A stretch of 64,000 nucleotides of DNA from Dehalococcoidia bacterium (lineage in GTDB: Bacteria > Chloroflexota > Dehalococcoidia > Bin125). The DNA is taken from positions 288,001 to 352,000 of the forward strand of contig CAXXNO010000004.1 of the NCBI GenBank assembly GCA_963663235.2. Reading direction: 5' to 3'. The position numbers and the translations under genes are program-made. The first letter of the stretch is position 1; the number at the start of each line of letters is the position of its first letter. The notes beneath the pieces are model-generated. The model did no database searches. It was given only the letters and a program-made list of their open reading frames with translations, and was not told where the DNA came from. Shown in pieces: positions 1 to 8,363 of this stretch.

Positions 1-2
1 AG

Positions 3-428
3 GGACTCCGCACGGGCGAGCGACTCCGAGACGTTGGCGCCGCCGTCGAAGCCGATGCGGGCGATCTTGCCGGCGGCGTCGATCATGCGCCGGTAGACGG
101 CGTCGCGGTTGACGATGCGGGCCGAGTGCTCGACCCCGACCGAGGTCGGCAGGTCGGCGACGATCTGGCCGAGGTAGGCGAAGCCGCCAATGTCCTCCAG
201 TTTGCCCCGCCGGGCCAGCTCATGCGCCACAGTGACTTGGTTGACCGCCTCATCGCGATCCCAGATCGCGAGGGCCGCCTCGTACATCCAGGCGTGGCGC
301 TCGTCGTAGAAGTCGAGAGGCTGGAGGATAGAGGCGACGCGGGGCAGCGCCGCCGGGTCCACCACGATGGAGGCGATGACGGTCGTTTCCGCCTCGGCGT
401 CGCTGGGAGGAGCCTTCTCGAGTACCAC
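3..428 (-). CDS. dnaB: Replicative DNA helicase, N-terminal part (runs off the window)
   Basis: Manual translation VVLEKAPPSDAEAETTVIASIVVDP...DFYDERHAWMYEA...GKLEDIGGFAYLGQIVADLPTS matches the DnaB N-domain. GGAGGGGG RBS precedes the GTG; gene follows rplI. Confidence 0.92.
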   Translation of the reverse strand, partial: MVLEKAPPSDAEAETTVIASIVVDPAALPRVASILQPLDFYDERHAWMYEAALAIWDRDEAVNQVTVAHELARRGKLEDIGGFAYLGQIVADLPTSVGVEHSARIVNRDAVYRRMIDAAGKIARIGFDGGANVSESLARAES

Positions 429-470
429 CGAACCCCCTCCGCGGGGGCTCGGAATGTGCGCGCCCCCGCG

Positions 471-1052
471 CTAATCGCTCTCGGCTTGCGGCTCCTCGTC
501 AGTGGGAGCCGCGCCCTCCGCCTCCGCCGCCGCGCCCTCGTCGACGGGCGCGCTCTCTTCACCTGCCGGCTCACCGGCCGCCTCGGCCTGCGGTTCCGCC
601 TCGCCGCCCTCCGGGCGGACATCGACGGTGACCGTGGCGGAGACGTTGCGGGTGAGCCGCACCCGCACCTCCTGGCTGCCGATCGCCTTGATCACCTGGC
701 CCAAGAGCACCTGGCGATGGTCGACGGACTGCCCGGCGCGCTCGGTCAGTTGCTCGGCGATATCCGTCGCCGTCACCGAGCCGAAGAGCCGTCCTTGCTC
801 GCCGACGCGGGCGGTCAGCGTGACCGTGGCGCCGTCGATGCGGTCGGCCACCAGGCGGGCCTCGACATCGACCTTCTCCTGATGGACGGCGTCGACCTTG
901 GCCAGTTTGGCCGCCCGCTCCATCTGCACTTTGGTCGCCGGCGCCGCCAGACCGCGGGGGAGGAGGTAGTTGCGGGCGTAGCCGTTGCGGACCTCCTTGA
1001 TCTCACCGACCTGGCCGGAGCCTTCGACCTCTTCGAGAAAGACGACCTTCAT
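471..1052 (-). CDS. rplI: 50S ribosomal protein L9 with acidic C-terminal tail
   Basis: MKVVFLEEVEGSGQVGEIKEVRNGYARNYLLPRGLA and GRLFGSVT motifs; start moved to ATG 1052 with GGAGG RBS. Confidence 0.96.
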   Translation of the reverse strand: MKVVFLEEVEGSGQVGEIKEVRNGYARNYLLPRGLAAPATKVQMERAAKLAKVDAVHQEKVDVEARLVADRIDGATVTLTARVGEQGRLFGSVTATDIAEQLTERAGQSVDHRQVLLGQVIKAIGSQEVRVRLTRNVSATVTVDVRPEGGEAEPQAEAAGEPAGEESAPVDEGAAAEAEGAAPTDEEPQAESD

Positions 1053-1185
1053 CGCGACCCTCCGTGCGCCGGATGCAATCGCACCTCCGTTGTGCCGCAT
1101 CCGCTTCGCTACGCCAACCGCGGGATTGTGGACTACACCGCTTATGCGCGATGCGGTCCCCACAGTTCACATCGTTCCAACACGA

Positions 1186-1280
1186 TAATGGGCGGCGTCT
1201 TTAGAGGGAGCGGTTCTGTCACGGAGTGCGCCCGGCAAACGGGACACGCAGGCCGCTTGTTCCTCCTCCCGCCGACCACG
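1186..1280. ncRNA. Candidate structured RNA or leader (long imperfect hairpin)
   Basis: Nested complementary segments on the plus strand: GGGCGGCG/CGCCGACC, GAGCGGTTCTG/CAGGCCGCTT, CCCG-GCAAA-CGGG. No family recognised. Confidence 0.35.
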
Positions 1281-1286
1281 CAGGTC

Positions 1287-1315
1287 ACGATAGAACGGAA
1301 GTTCTGGCCGGTCAA
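1287..1315 (-). promoter_or_regulatory. Sigma70-like promoter at the 3' end of purL, directed toward rplI
   Basis: TTGACC-N17-TATCGT on the minus strand. Confidence 0.5.
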
Positions 1316-3555
1316 AGGTCGTGGCCAGCGAGCGCACGTTCCAGGCCACCGCGGTAGGCGTCTGTGACATCGGCGAGAGGGAGGTCCAGCGGCCCGAGGC
1401 GCAGGCGGTCGCCGCCGACGGGGCCGAAGGGAGTCACGGGGACACCGTGCTCCGCGGCCAGCGATTCCAGCGCGGGCAGATCCGACGGCCGCAGGCTCAC
1501 CACGGCGCGGGCCCCGGCCTCGCCGAAGAGGGCGGCGTCCAGGCGGGGGCCGAGGTCAAGCGAGGGCGCGTCAAGGCCGAGACCGGCGGCGACGGCGCAT
1601 TCGGCGAGCGCCACGGCGAGGCCGCCGTCGGAACAGTCGTGCGCCGATCGCAGCAGTCCGCGCCGCGCGGCCGCGTTCAGGAGGCGCACCAGCGCGGCCT
1701 CGGCGTGAAGGTCCACCGCCACGGGGCCCGCCTCCAAGCCGTGGAGGACGGCGAGGTACTCGCCGCCGCCGAGCGTCGAAGCCGCCTGCGGCAGCATCGC
1801 CCCCAGCAGCGCCACCACATCGCCCGGCCGTTGAAAGGGCATGCGCACGATGCGGTCGACGTCCTCGATCAGGCCCAGCATGCCCACGACGGGCGTCGGG
1901 GTGACCGGCACGCCGTTCGTCTCGTTGTAGAGGGAGACGTTGCCGGAGACGACCGGCGTGCCCAAGGCCCGGCAGGCGGCGGCGATGCCCTGCACCGCTT
2001 GCGAGATCTGGAAGTAGATCTGGGGCCGCTCCGGGTTGCCGAAGTTGAGGCAATCGGTCACCGCCAGCGGGGTGGCGCCGGCGCAGGCCACGTTGCGCGC
2101 CGCCTCCGCGACCGCGCGGGCGCCGCCGGCCCAGGGGTCCAGCCATGTGGTGCGGCCGTTGCCATCCGTGCTGAGGGCGATGGCGCGGCGCGTGCCCTTG
2201 ATCCGCAGCACCCCGGCGTCGCTGCCCGGGCCGATGACGGTGTTCGTGCCCACCTGCTGGTCGTACTGGCGCGTAACCCAGCGCTTGTCGGTGATGTTGG
2301 GGGCGGCCAGCAGCGCGCGCAGCGCGGCGTTGGCGGCATGGGCATCGGCGACGTCGGGCAGCGAAGAGGGGTCGAACGCCGCCGCGGCGGCCGCCACGGG
2401 GTCAGGCGCCGCCTCGCCCTCGTAGGTCGGGGGGGAGGTGAGCAGCCGCACGTCGATGGCCGCGACCTCGTGATCGCCGTCGCGGATGCGGGCCAGACCG
2501 TCATCGGTGACCGTGCCGATCGTCACGGCAGTCAACTCCCAGCGGCGGAAGAGCGTGGCCACGTCGTCTTCATGCCCGCGCTTCACGACCACCAGCATGC
2601 GTTCCTGGGACTCGGACAGCATGACGTCGTAGGGGGACATGGCCGTTTCGCGTCGCGGGACGCGGCTCACGTCCAGGGTTACACCGGTGCCGGCGCGAGC
2701 GGCGCACTCCACGGCGCTGCTGGTGAGGCCGGCGGCGCCGAGGTCTTGCAGCCCCACGATCCAGTCGCGGTGCTGGGACACCAACTCCACGCAAGCCTCC
2801 ATGAGCAGTTTCTCCATGAAGGGGTTGCCCACCTGCACGGCGGGGCGGCGCTCCTCGCTGCGCTCGTCGAGCTGGACCGAGGCGAAGGTGGCGCCGTGGA
2901 GACCGTCGCGGCCGGTATCGGCGCCGACGAGCAGTAAGGCGTTGCCGGGCCCCTCGGCGCGAGCGCCGATCATCGCGTCCCGCCGGGCGATGCCCACGCA
3001 CATGGCGTTGACCAGCGGATTCCCGCTGTAGCCCGGTCCGACGCGCACCTCACCGCCGAGGTTGGGGATGCCGAGGCAGTTGCCGTAGCCGCCGATGCCC
3101 GCGACCACCCCGCGCAGGAGCCGCCGGTTGTTGGGGAGATCGAGGGGACCGAAGCGGAGGGAATCGAGGATGGCGATGGGGCGGGCGCCCATGGCGAAGA
3201 TGTCGCGCACGATGCCGCCCACGCCGGTGGCGGCGCCCTGGTAGGGCTCGATGGCGCTGGGGTGGTTGTGGGACTCGATCTTCATCACGACGACCAGACC
3301 GTCGCCGATGTCCACCGCGCCCGCGTTCTCGCCACCCAGCGTCGTGAGGACGTGCGGGGCCTCCACGGGGAAATGGCGGAAGAGCGGCTTGGAGTGCTTG
3401 TAGCCGCAGTGCTCGCTCCACAGCGCGCCGATCATGCCGAGCTCGACCGGCGCGGGCTCGCGGCCCAGGCGCTGGCGCGCCTGTTCGTACTCCGCGCGGC
3501 TGAGGGCGATCTGCTGCAGGGTGGCGTCGTCGACCGCGGGGGCGGGATCGGTCAT
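1312..3555 (-). CDS. purL: Phosphoribosylformylglycinamidine synthase subunit PurL
   Basis: WSEHCGYKHSK, KIESHNHPS, MLSESQERM, DCLNFGNPE and SGNVSLYNE motifs. Confidence 0.98.
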   Translation of the reverse strand: MTDPAPAVDDATLQQIALSRAEYEQARQRLGREPAPVELGMIGALWSEHCGYKHSKPLFRHFPVEAPHVLTTLGGENAGAVDIGDGLVVVMKIESHNHPSAIEPYQGAATGVGGIVRDIFAMGARPIAILDSLRFGPLDLPNNRRLLRGVVAGIGGYGNCLGIPNLGGEVRVGPGYSGNPLVNAMCVGIARRDAMIGARAEGPGNALLLVGADTGRDGLHGATFASVQLDERSEERRPAVQVGNPFMEKLLMEACVELVSQHRDWIVGLQDLGAAGLTSSAVECAARAGTGVTLDVSRVPRRETAMSPYDVMLSESQERMLVVVKRGHEDDVATLFRRWELTAVTIGTVTDDGLARIRDGDHEVAAIDVRLLTSPPTYEGEAAPDPVAAAAAAFDPSSLPDVADAHAANAALRALLAAPNITDKRWVTRQYDQQVGTNTVIGPGSDAGVLRIKGTRRAIALSTDGNGRTTWLDPWAGGARAVAEAARNVACAGATPLAVTDCLNFGNPERPQIYFQISQAVQGIAAACRALGTPVVSGNVSLYNETNGVPVTPTPVVGMLGLIEDVDRIVRMPFQRPGDVVALLGAMLPQAASTLGGGEYLAVLHGLEAGPVAVDLHAEAALVRLLNAAARRGLLRSAHDCSDGGLAVALAECAVAAGLGLDAPSLDLGPRLDAALFGEAGARAVVSLRPSDLPALESLAAEHGVPVTPFGPVGGDRLRLGPLDLPLADVTDAYRGGLERALAGHDL

Positions 3556-3560
3556 GGGCC

Positions 3561-4250
3561 TCAGCCCCAGCGCTCGATGATCGAACGCCAGATAAGGAGG
3601 CCGTCCTCGCCGCCCATGAGGGCCTCGCTGGCCCGCTCCGGATGGGGCATCATCCCCAACACCGTGCCGGCGGCGTTGACCACGCCGGCGATGTTGTGCA
3701 GCGAGCCGTTGGGGTTGGCCACGGCGGTCACCGCGCCCTGCGGGTCGCAGTAGCGGAAGAGCACCCGCCCGTCCGCCTCCAAGGCCGCGAGCGTTTGTTC
3801 ATCGGCGTAGTAGTTCCCTTGGCCGTGCGAGATGGGCAGCATCAGCGCCTGCTCTCCCCGACAGGCGCCGGTGAAGCCGGTATCGGTGCGCTCCACCCGT
3901 ACGTAGGCGGGCTCACAGCGATACTCCAGGCTGTCGTTGAGCAGAAGCGCGCCGGGCAGCAAGCCGGCCTCGCAGAGGATCTGGAAGCCGTTGCAGGAGC
4001 CGAAGACCGGGCGGCCGGCATCGACGTGGCGCTGGAGCGCCGCCATCACCGGGGAGAAGCGGGCGATGGCGCCGCAGCGGAGATAATCGCCGTAGGCGAA
4101 GCCCCCGGGGACCACGACGGCGTCATAGCCGTCCAGGCTGGAAGCGCGATGCCAGACACGGTCCGTTGGGTGGCCGAGGATGTCCTGGAGCACGTACTGG
4201 CAGTCGTGGTCGCTCCAGGAACCCGGAAAGACCAGAACGGCGAATCGCAC
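3561..4250 (-). CDS. purQ: FGAM synthase glutaminase subunit PurQ
   Basis: PGGFAYGDYLRCG, CNGFQIL and MMPHPER motifs. Confidence 0.97.
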   Translation of the reverse strand: MRFAVLVFPGSWSDHDCQYVLQDILGHPTDRVWHRASSLDGYDAVVVPGGFAYGDYLRCGAIARFSPVMAALQRHVDAGRPVFGSCNGFQILCEAGLLPGALLLNDSLEYRCEPAYVRVERTDTGFTGACRGEQALMLPISHGQGNYYADEQTLAALEADGRVLFRYCDPQGAVTAVANPNGSLHNIAGVVNAAGTVLGMMPHPERASEALMGGEDGLLIWRSIIERWG

Positions 4251-4304
4251 CCGTTGCCCCTCTGCGTGCAGCGTAGCATCGCCCGGCCGGCGAGGACGGC
4301 GACC

Positions 4305-6611
4305 CTAGGACGCCTCGGCCTCGTGCGGCCCGGGCCGGTGGAGCTCCGGCAGGGCGCTGCCGTCGACCGGCTGGTCGCTGGTGGGCGCGGGCGCAGCGCC
4401 CAGATCTTGGGGCAGCGGGGCCGCGGGGTAGCGCCGGCGCTCGGCGGTCGTGGGAGCGGGGTATTCGATGCGCGGGTGGTAGACGCCCCGCAGCGTGACC
4501 TTGAACGAATCGCCGATGAGCCGCAGGTGGCGCAGCGTCAGATCGCTGTCGTCCAACTGCCGCTCGGCCAGCCGCTCACTGACGACGCCGTCGACGAGGG
4601 CGTCGATGACTTCCGGTTCGCGATTGCGGCTGGAGCGGACCACGGCCTCGCAGGAGTCGGCGAGCATGACGATCGCCGTCTCGCGCGAGCGGGGACGGGG
4701 CCCGCCGTAGGTGAAGAGCGCCGCGTCGATGGCGGGATCGATCTGCGCGGCCTTGCGATAGAAATAGGTGACGAGGCGCGTGCCGTGATGCTCCGGGATG
4801 AAGTCGCGGACGCGCTCGGGGAGCCGTTGCCGCCGGGCGAGCTCCACGCCCCAGCGCACGTGCTCCTGGATCACGCGCGCGCTCTCCCGCGGATCCAGAT
4901 CATCGTGGGGATTGCTGCCCTCCGCCTGGTTTTCGATGTACATGTGCGGTTGGGCCAGCTTGCCGATGTCGTGATAGAAGGCGCCGACGCGCACGAGCAG
5001 GGGGTGGGCGTCGATCTGGCCGGCGGCGCGTTCCGCCATCGTCGCCACCAGCAAGGAATGGTGAAACGTCCCCGGCGCCTCTTCTTGCAACCGACGGAGG
5101 AGCGGCTGCGTGAGTTGCGCCAGCTCAAGGAGCTGCAACCGCGTGGTGATGCCGAAGGCCGTGCCCAAGAACGTGAACGCCCCGATGGTGACGACGCCAG
5201 TAAACAGGGCGGCGAGCGCCGAGGCGGCGGCGAGCCAGCCAAGGCCGGCGGCGGCGCGATCGGGGTCGAGCAGCCAGAAGCTCAAGCCCACGAGGAACAT
5301 CACGCCGCCGACCAGGGCGCCGACCAGGGCGTACTGCGTCACCCGCTCCACGCGGCTGCTGGCGAAGACGCCGGCGATCCCGGCGAAGAGGAACACGGCC
5401 GCGGGGCGCAGCGCCTGCGCGCCGACGGGCGCCTCCCCCAGGGCGAAGTCCGGATGCACTGTCGCGGCGAAGCCCGCCAACCCGGCGACCAGGATGGCCA
5501 GGATGAGCGCCAAGGTGGTTTCCAGCAGCGCCGCCGCCAGCACCGCAACCGCCGCCAGCGGCAGGATCAACTCCAGGGACTTGCCCTGCTCATCCGGCAG
5601 CACCGCCGGGAAATACCAGCGCGCGGCGAGGGCCGCGATGACCACCAGCGCGCCCACCAGCAGCAGACGTCGGTCGCTGGAGACGGCGGGGGGATGCGTC
5701 AGCGCCAGATATGTGGCCACGGTTGCGGCGACCGCGACGGCGAGGAGGAGGACGGCCATGAGCTCGTCGGCGGGCAGGCCACCGCCACCGGGCGCGAGCA
5801 AGGGGAGGGCGGCGATGGCGATGGCGTCCAGTTCGTCGGAGGAGAGGGTGTCGCTGTCGATGGTGCTTGGGAGCGCGCAGTGCGCGGCGAGGTCCGCGCC
5901 ACCTACAGGCGCGCCCCCCGAGAAGACGATCTCGCCGGCGGCGAAGGTGCAGAGCACCGGCGGGACCGCGGCGATCGCGGCGTCCCGCGCATCGGCCATG
6001 GCGACGGCATCGACAACGACGTTGGCCGCGATCAGCGGGGCCACGATCGCCACCAGCACCTCTTCCTGCGTGGGCGCGAGGGTGATCTCGATGCGATCCG
6101 GGAGCGCCTGCCGGAGGTCATCGACGTCCTCGTCCAGGATGTTGGACTCAAACAGGCCGGTGAGCAGCGCGGTGGCGGCGGCCCGCACCAGGGCCCACTG
6201 GGCGGCGGCGAAGCCCAGGGTCAGCACCTGCCCGCGCGGGTCCAGTGACAGCCCGGGCACCTGCGCCAGCGCGTCGGCGCGCTCTTCGCTGGAGAAGTCG
6301 GGGTCCGAGCGGACGCCGTCGATGCGAGCCAAGAGGCGTTCAAGGGCGGCCGTCTGGTTGAGCCCCACGTTGCCGTCGGTCGTGACGAAGGTCGGCACGA
6401 CCGCAGCGGCGGCGGCCTGGGCCCGTTGCGTGAGGATGTCGCTTTCAAATTGCAGATCAGCAGGGGCGCGGATGTCAATGTTGGCGATTTCGCCGAGGTG
6501 AGGGACGGGTTGTTCCGGCTCGATGGGGATTAGCGCCAGGGTCAGGGCGATCGAGAGCACCACCACGAAGGTGGCGATCCGCAGCGGCGAGAAGAACGGC
6601 TGGCGATCCAT
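4305..6611 (-). CDS. 7TM-HD/HDIG membrane phosphohydrolase (PgpH/YqfF-like cyclic-di-AMP phosphodiesterase family)
   Basis: Extracellular domain, multiple TM helices, then APGTFHHS, YHDIGK, EHHGT and MLADSCEA motifs. Confidence 0.88.
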   Translation of the reverse strand: MDRQPFFSPLRIATFVVVLSIALTLALIPIEPEQPVPHLGEIANIDIRAPADLQFESDILTQRAQAAAAAVVPTFVTTDGNVGLNQTAALERLLARIDGVRSDPDFSSEERADALAQVPGLSLDPRGQVLTLGFAAAQWALVRAAATALLTGLFESNILDEDVDDLRQALPDRIEITLAPTQEEVLVAIVAPLIAANVVVDAVAMADARDAAIAAVPPVLCTFAAGEIVFSGGAPVGGADLAAHCALPSTIDSDTLSSDELDAIAIAALPLLAPGGGGLPADELMAVLLLAVAVAATVATYLALTHPPAVSSDRRLLLVGALVVIAALAARWYFPAVLPDEQGKSLELILPLAAVAVLAAALLETTLALILAILVAGLAGFAATVHPDFALGEAPVGAQALRPAAVFLFAGIAGVFASSRVERVTQYALVGALVGGVMFLVGLSFWLLDPDRAAAGLGWLAAASALAALFTGVVTIGAFTFLGTAFGITTRLQLLELAQLTQPLLRRLQEEAPGTFHHSLLVATMAERAAGQIDAHPLLVRVGAFYHDIGKLAQPHMYIENQAEGSNPHDDLDPRESARVIQEHVRWGVELARRQRLPERVRDFIPEHHGTRLVTYFYRKAAQIDPAIDAALFTYGGPRPRSRETAIVMLADSCEAVVRSSRNREPEVIDALVDGVVSERLAERQLDDSDLTLRHLRLIGDSFKVTLRGVYHPRIEYPAPTTAERRRYPAAPLPQDLGAAPAPTSDQPVDGSALPELHRPGPHEAEAS

Positions 6612-6671
6612 GCAGGCCCTCGGCCGCGCGCGGGCCGGATTCCGGGCCCCATCATAGCGCGGGCGCTTCGC

Positions 6672-7118
6672 TCAACCGCCCAGCAGCTCCGTGACGACTT
6701 CGTTGATCAGGCGTCCATCAGCGCGGCCGCGCAGGTCGGCCATCAACGGCCCCATGACCTTGCCCTTTTCCTTGGGCCCCTGGGCACCCACCGTGGCGAT
6801 CACCGCCCGCGCCGCCTCCGCCACGTCTTCCAGACTCATCTGCGGCGGCAGGTACTGTTCCAGCACCGCCATCTCCGCCTCTTCGCGCTCGGCCAGGTCC
6901 GTCCGTCCACCTTTGCGGAACTGCTCTACGCTCTCGCGCCGCTGGTTGATCTGCTTTTGCACCAGGGCCACGATGTCCATCTCATCCAACGGCCCGCGCC
7001 GCTCGATCTCCGCGTTCTTGATCGCCGCTTGCAGCAGGCGGATGGTCTCGCGACGGGTGACGTCGCGGGCGCGCATGGCGTCGTGGAGGTCTTGCGGAAG
7101 TCGCTCGCGCAGTCCCAC
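6672..7118 (-). CDS. GatB/YqeY domain protein
   Basis: DAMRARD, IRLLQAAIKNAEI, QRRESVEQF, YLPPQMS and GKVMG motifs; GAGGAG RBS before GTG 7118. Confidence 0.92.
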   Translation of the reverse strand: MGLRERLPQDLHDAMRARDVTRRETIRLLQAAIKNAEIERRGPLDEMDIVALVQKQINQRRESVEQFRKGGRTDLAEREEAEMAVLEQYLPPQMSLEDVAEAARAVIATVGAQGPKEKGKVMGPLMADLRGRADGRLINEVVTELLGG

Positions 7119-7225
7119 GGTCGCTCCTCGCATGTTCCGGCCCGCCGACCGAATCGGCGCGCCGGCAGGCCGACATTAAGAGGCCGCCGACTGACGCCGA
7201 CGGCCTAGGGTGTCGCCGCCCGCGC

Positions 7226-7369
7226 TTAGTCCGCGGAGGGCAGAACCTTGGGCTGCATCAACTCCATGGGCCGCGCGCCGACGCTCAGGTTGCCGTCGCC
7301 TGGCTTGATGCAGAGCACCTCGATGCCGCTCTCCTCATCCTTGTAGCGCTTGCCGAGTTGCACCGCCAT
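7226..7369 (-). CDS. 47-aa microprotein, Cys-poor paralog of the upstream desulforedoxin-like protein
   Basis: MAVQLGKRYKDEESGIEVLCIKPGDGNLSVGARPMELMQPKVLPSAD*. GGAGG RBS and GC-rich third codon positions; absent from the ORF track. Confidence 0.85.
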   Translation of the reverse strand: MAVQLGKRYKDEESGIEVLCIKPGDGNLSVGARPMELMQPKVLPSAD

Positions 7370-7381
7370 GCGTCGCCTCCG

Positions 7382-7504
7382 CTACTTCTTCTCTGCCACC
7401 GGGATATCGCAGCACTTGATCTCCTCGTCGCCGCCGCGGGTGACGATGTACTCGGCGCCGCACTTGGAGCAGATGTACCGTTTCCCGGTCTGAGCCGCCG
7501 TCAT
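7382..7504 (-). CDS. 40-aa desulforedoxin-like Cys4 metal-binding microprotein
   Basis: MTAAQTGKRYICSKCGAEYIVTRGGDEEIKCCDIPVAEKK* has a CxxC...CC pattern; GGAGG upstream. Confidence 0.85.
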   Translation of the reverse strand: MTAAQTGKRYICSKCGAEYIVTRGGDEEIKCCDIPVAEKK

Positions 7505-7539
7505 GCTGGTCACATACCTCCGTGCCCTGGAACGGATCA

Positions 7540-7569
7540 AGTCTATCGCAGGGCAAAATGGGCGGTCAA
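7540..7569 (-). promoter_or_regulatory. Sigma70-like promoter for the microprotein pair
   Basis: TTGACC-N18-TAGACT on the minus strand. Confidence 0.55.
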
Positions 7570-7586
7570 AGCCGCGTCCGCGCCGC

Positions 7587-8363
7587 CTATTCGAGGGTCT
7601 GGAGCCACGAGTAGATGGCGAACACGTCCTCATCGGGGACGAGGTCCGCGTCCACGGTGAAGCCGCTGGTGTCAATCTCCTCGACCTCGACGGGGGCAGC
7701 GGCGGTGGTGGGGGCCGCCGCGCTGCTGCGCTGCCCGCAGGTATTTTCGGTGAGGGAGGGCGTGGCTTCCTGGAGGGGGAGGCCGGCATCGACCCGGGCG
7801 TGAGCGTCGTCGAGGGCGGCCTGGGCGTCGGCAGCGGCGGCATCGTCGCCCTGGGCGGCGCGCAGGGTGGCGGCGAGGCTCTCAAGGGTCGCCTCGTCCT
7901 CCTCGATGGCGATCTCCAGCGCGTGATCCCAGGCGTTGCCGGCATTGGTGCTGACGAGCGCGGCGAGGTTGGCGATGTGCGCGAAGTTGAGAGACCCGCC
8001 CTGGTCGATGGCCCAGGGCGGCATGGGCGTGCCGTTGCGCCCGCAGGCGATGGTGTCGCGGAAGCGGGCCTGTATCTCCGCAAGTTTGTTCTCATCTTCC
8101 GAGCGGAAGGCGAGGGTGTTGGCGGGGTCGTTCAGGGCGGGTCCGATCAATTGGGGATGCCCGACCCGGCCGAGCCCGACGTTGCCGTGGCAGACGCGGC
8201 AATTCTTGGCGAACAGGAGCGCGCCTCGCTCGGCCGCTTCCACGGCCTGGAAGTCCGCGGCATCCGTGCGCGTTCCGGCTTCAAACCAGGTGTAGGCGCC
8301 CAGCGAGACGACGCCCAGAAAGAGCAAGACAACCATTGCCAGGATCTGCTTGTTGGTGTTCAT
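7587..8363 (-). CDS. Membrane-anchored c-type cytochrome of the Rieske/cytb complex (second domain apparently deleted)
   Basis: N-terminal TM helix, CRVCH heme motif, MPPW axial Met; overlaps the Rieske stop codon. Confidence 0.88.
   Translation of the reverse strand: MNTNKQILAMVVLLFLGVVSLGAYTWFEAGTRTDAADFQAVEAAERGALLFAKNCRVCHGNVGLGRVGHPQLIGPALNDPANTLAFRSEDENKLAEIQARFRDTIACGRNGTPMPPWAIDQGGSLNFAHIANLAALVSTNAGNAWDHALEIAIEEDEATLESLAATLRAAQGDDAAAADAQAALDDAHARVDAGLPLQEATPSLTENTCGQRSSAAAPTTAAAPVEVEEIDTSGFTVDADLVPDEDVFAIYSWLQTLE

Noticed and set aside
1186-1280. Assignment as SRP RNA, 6S RNA or a known purine riboswitch
   Set aside because: The SRP GNRA-loop core and ZTP/ykkC consensus are missing and it is short for 6S. 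Kept only as an unassigned candidate.
126-6248. Long plus-strand ORFs (126..1367, 1321..2937, 3642..6248) and similar ones such as 23984..25996 and 35916..38417
   Set aside because: They are antisense shadows of well-supported genes, expected at high GC, and have no recognisable motifs.
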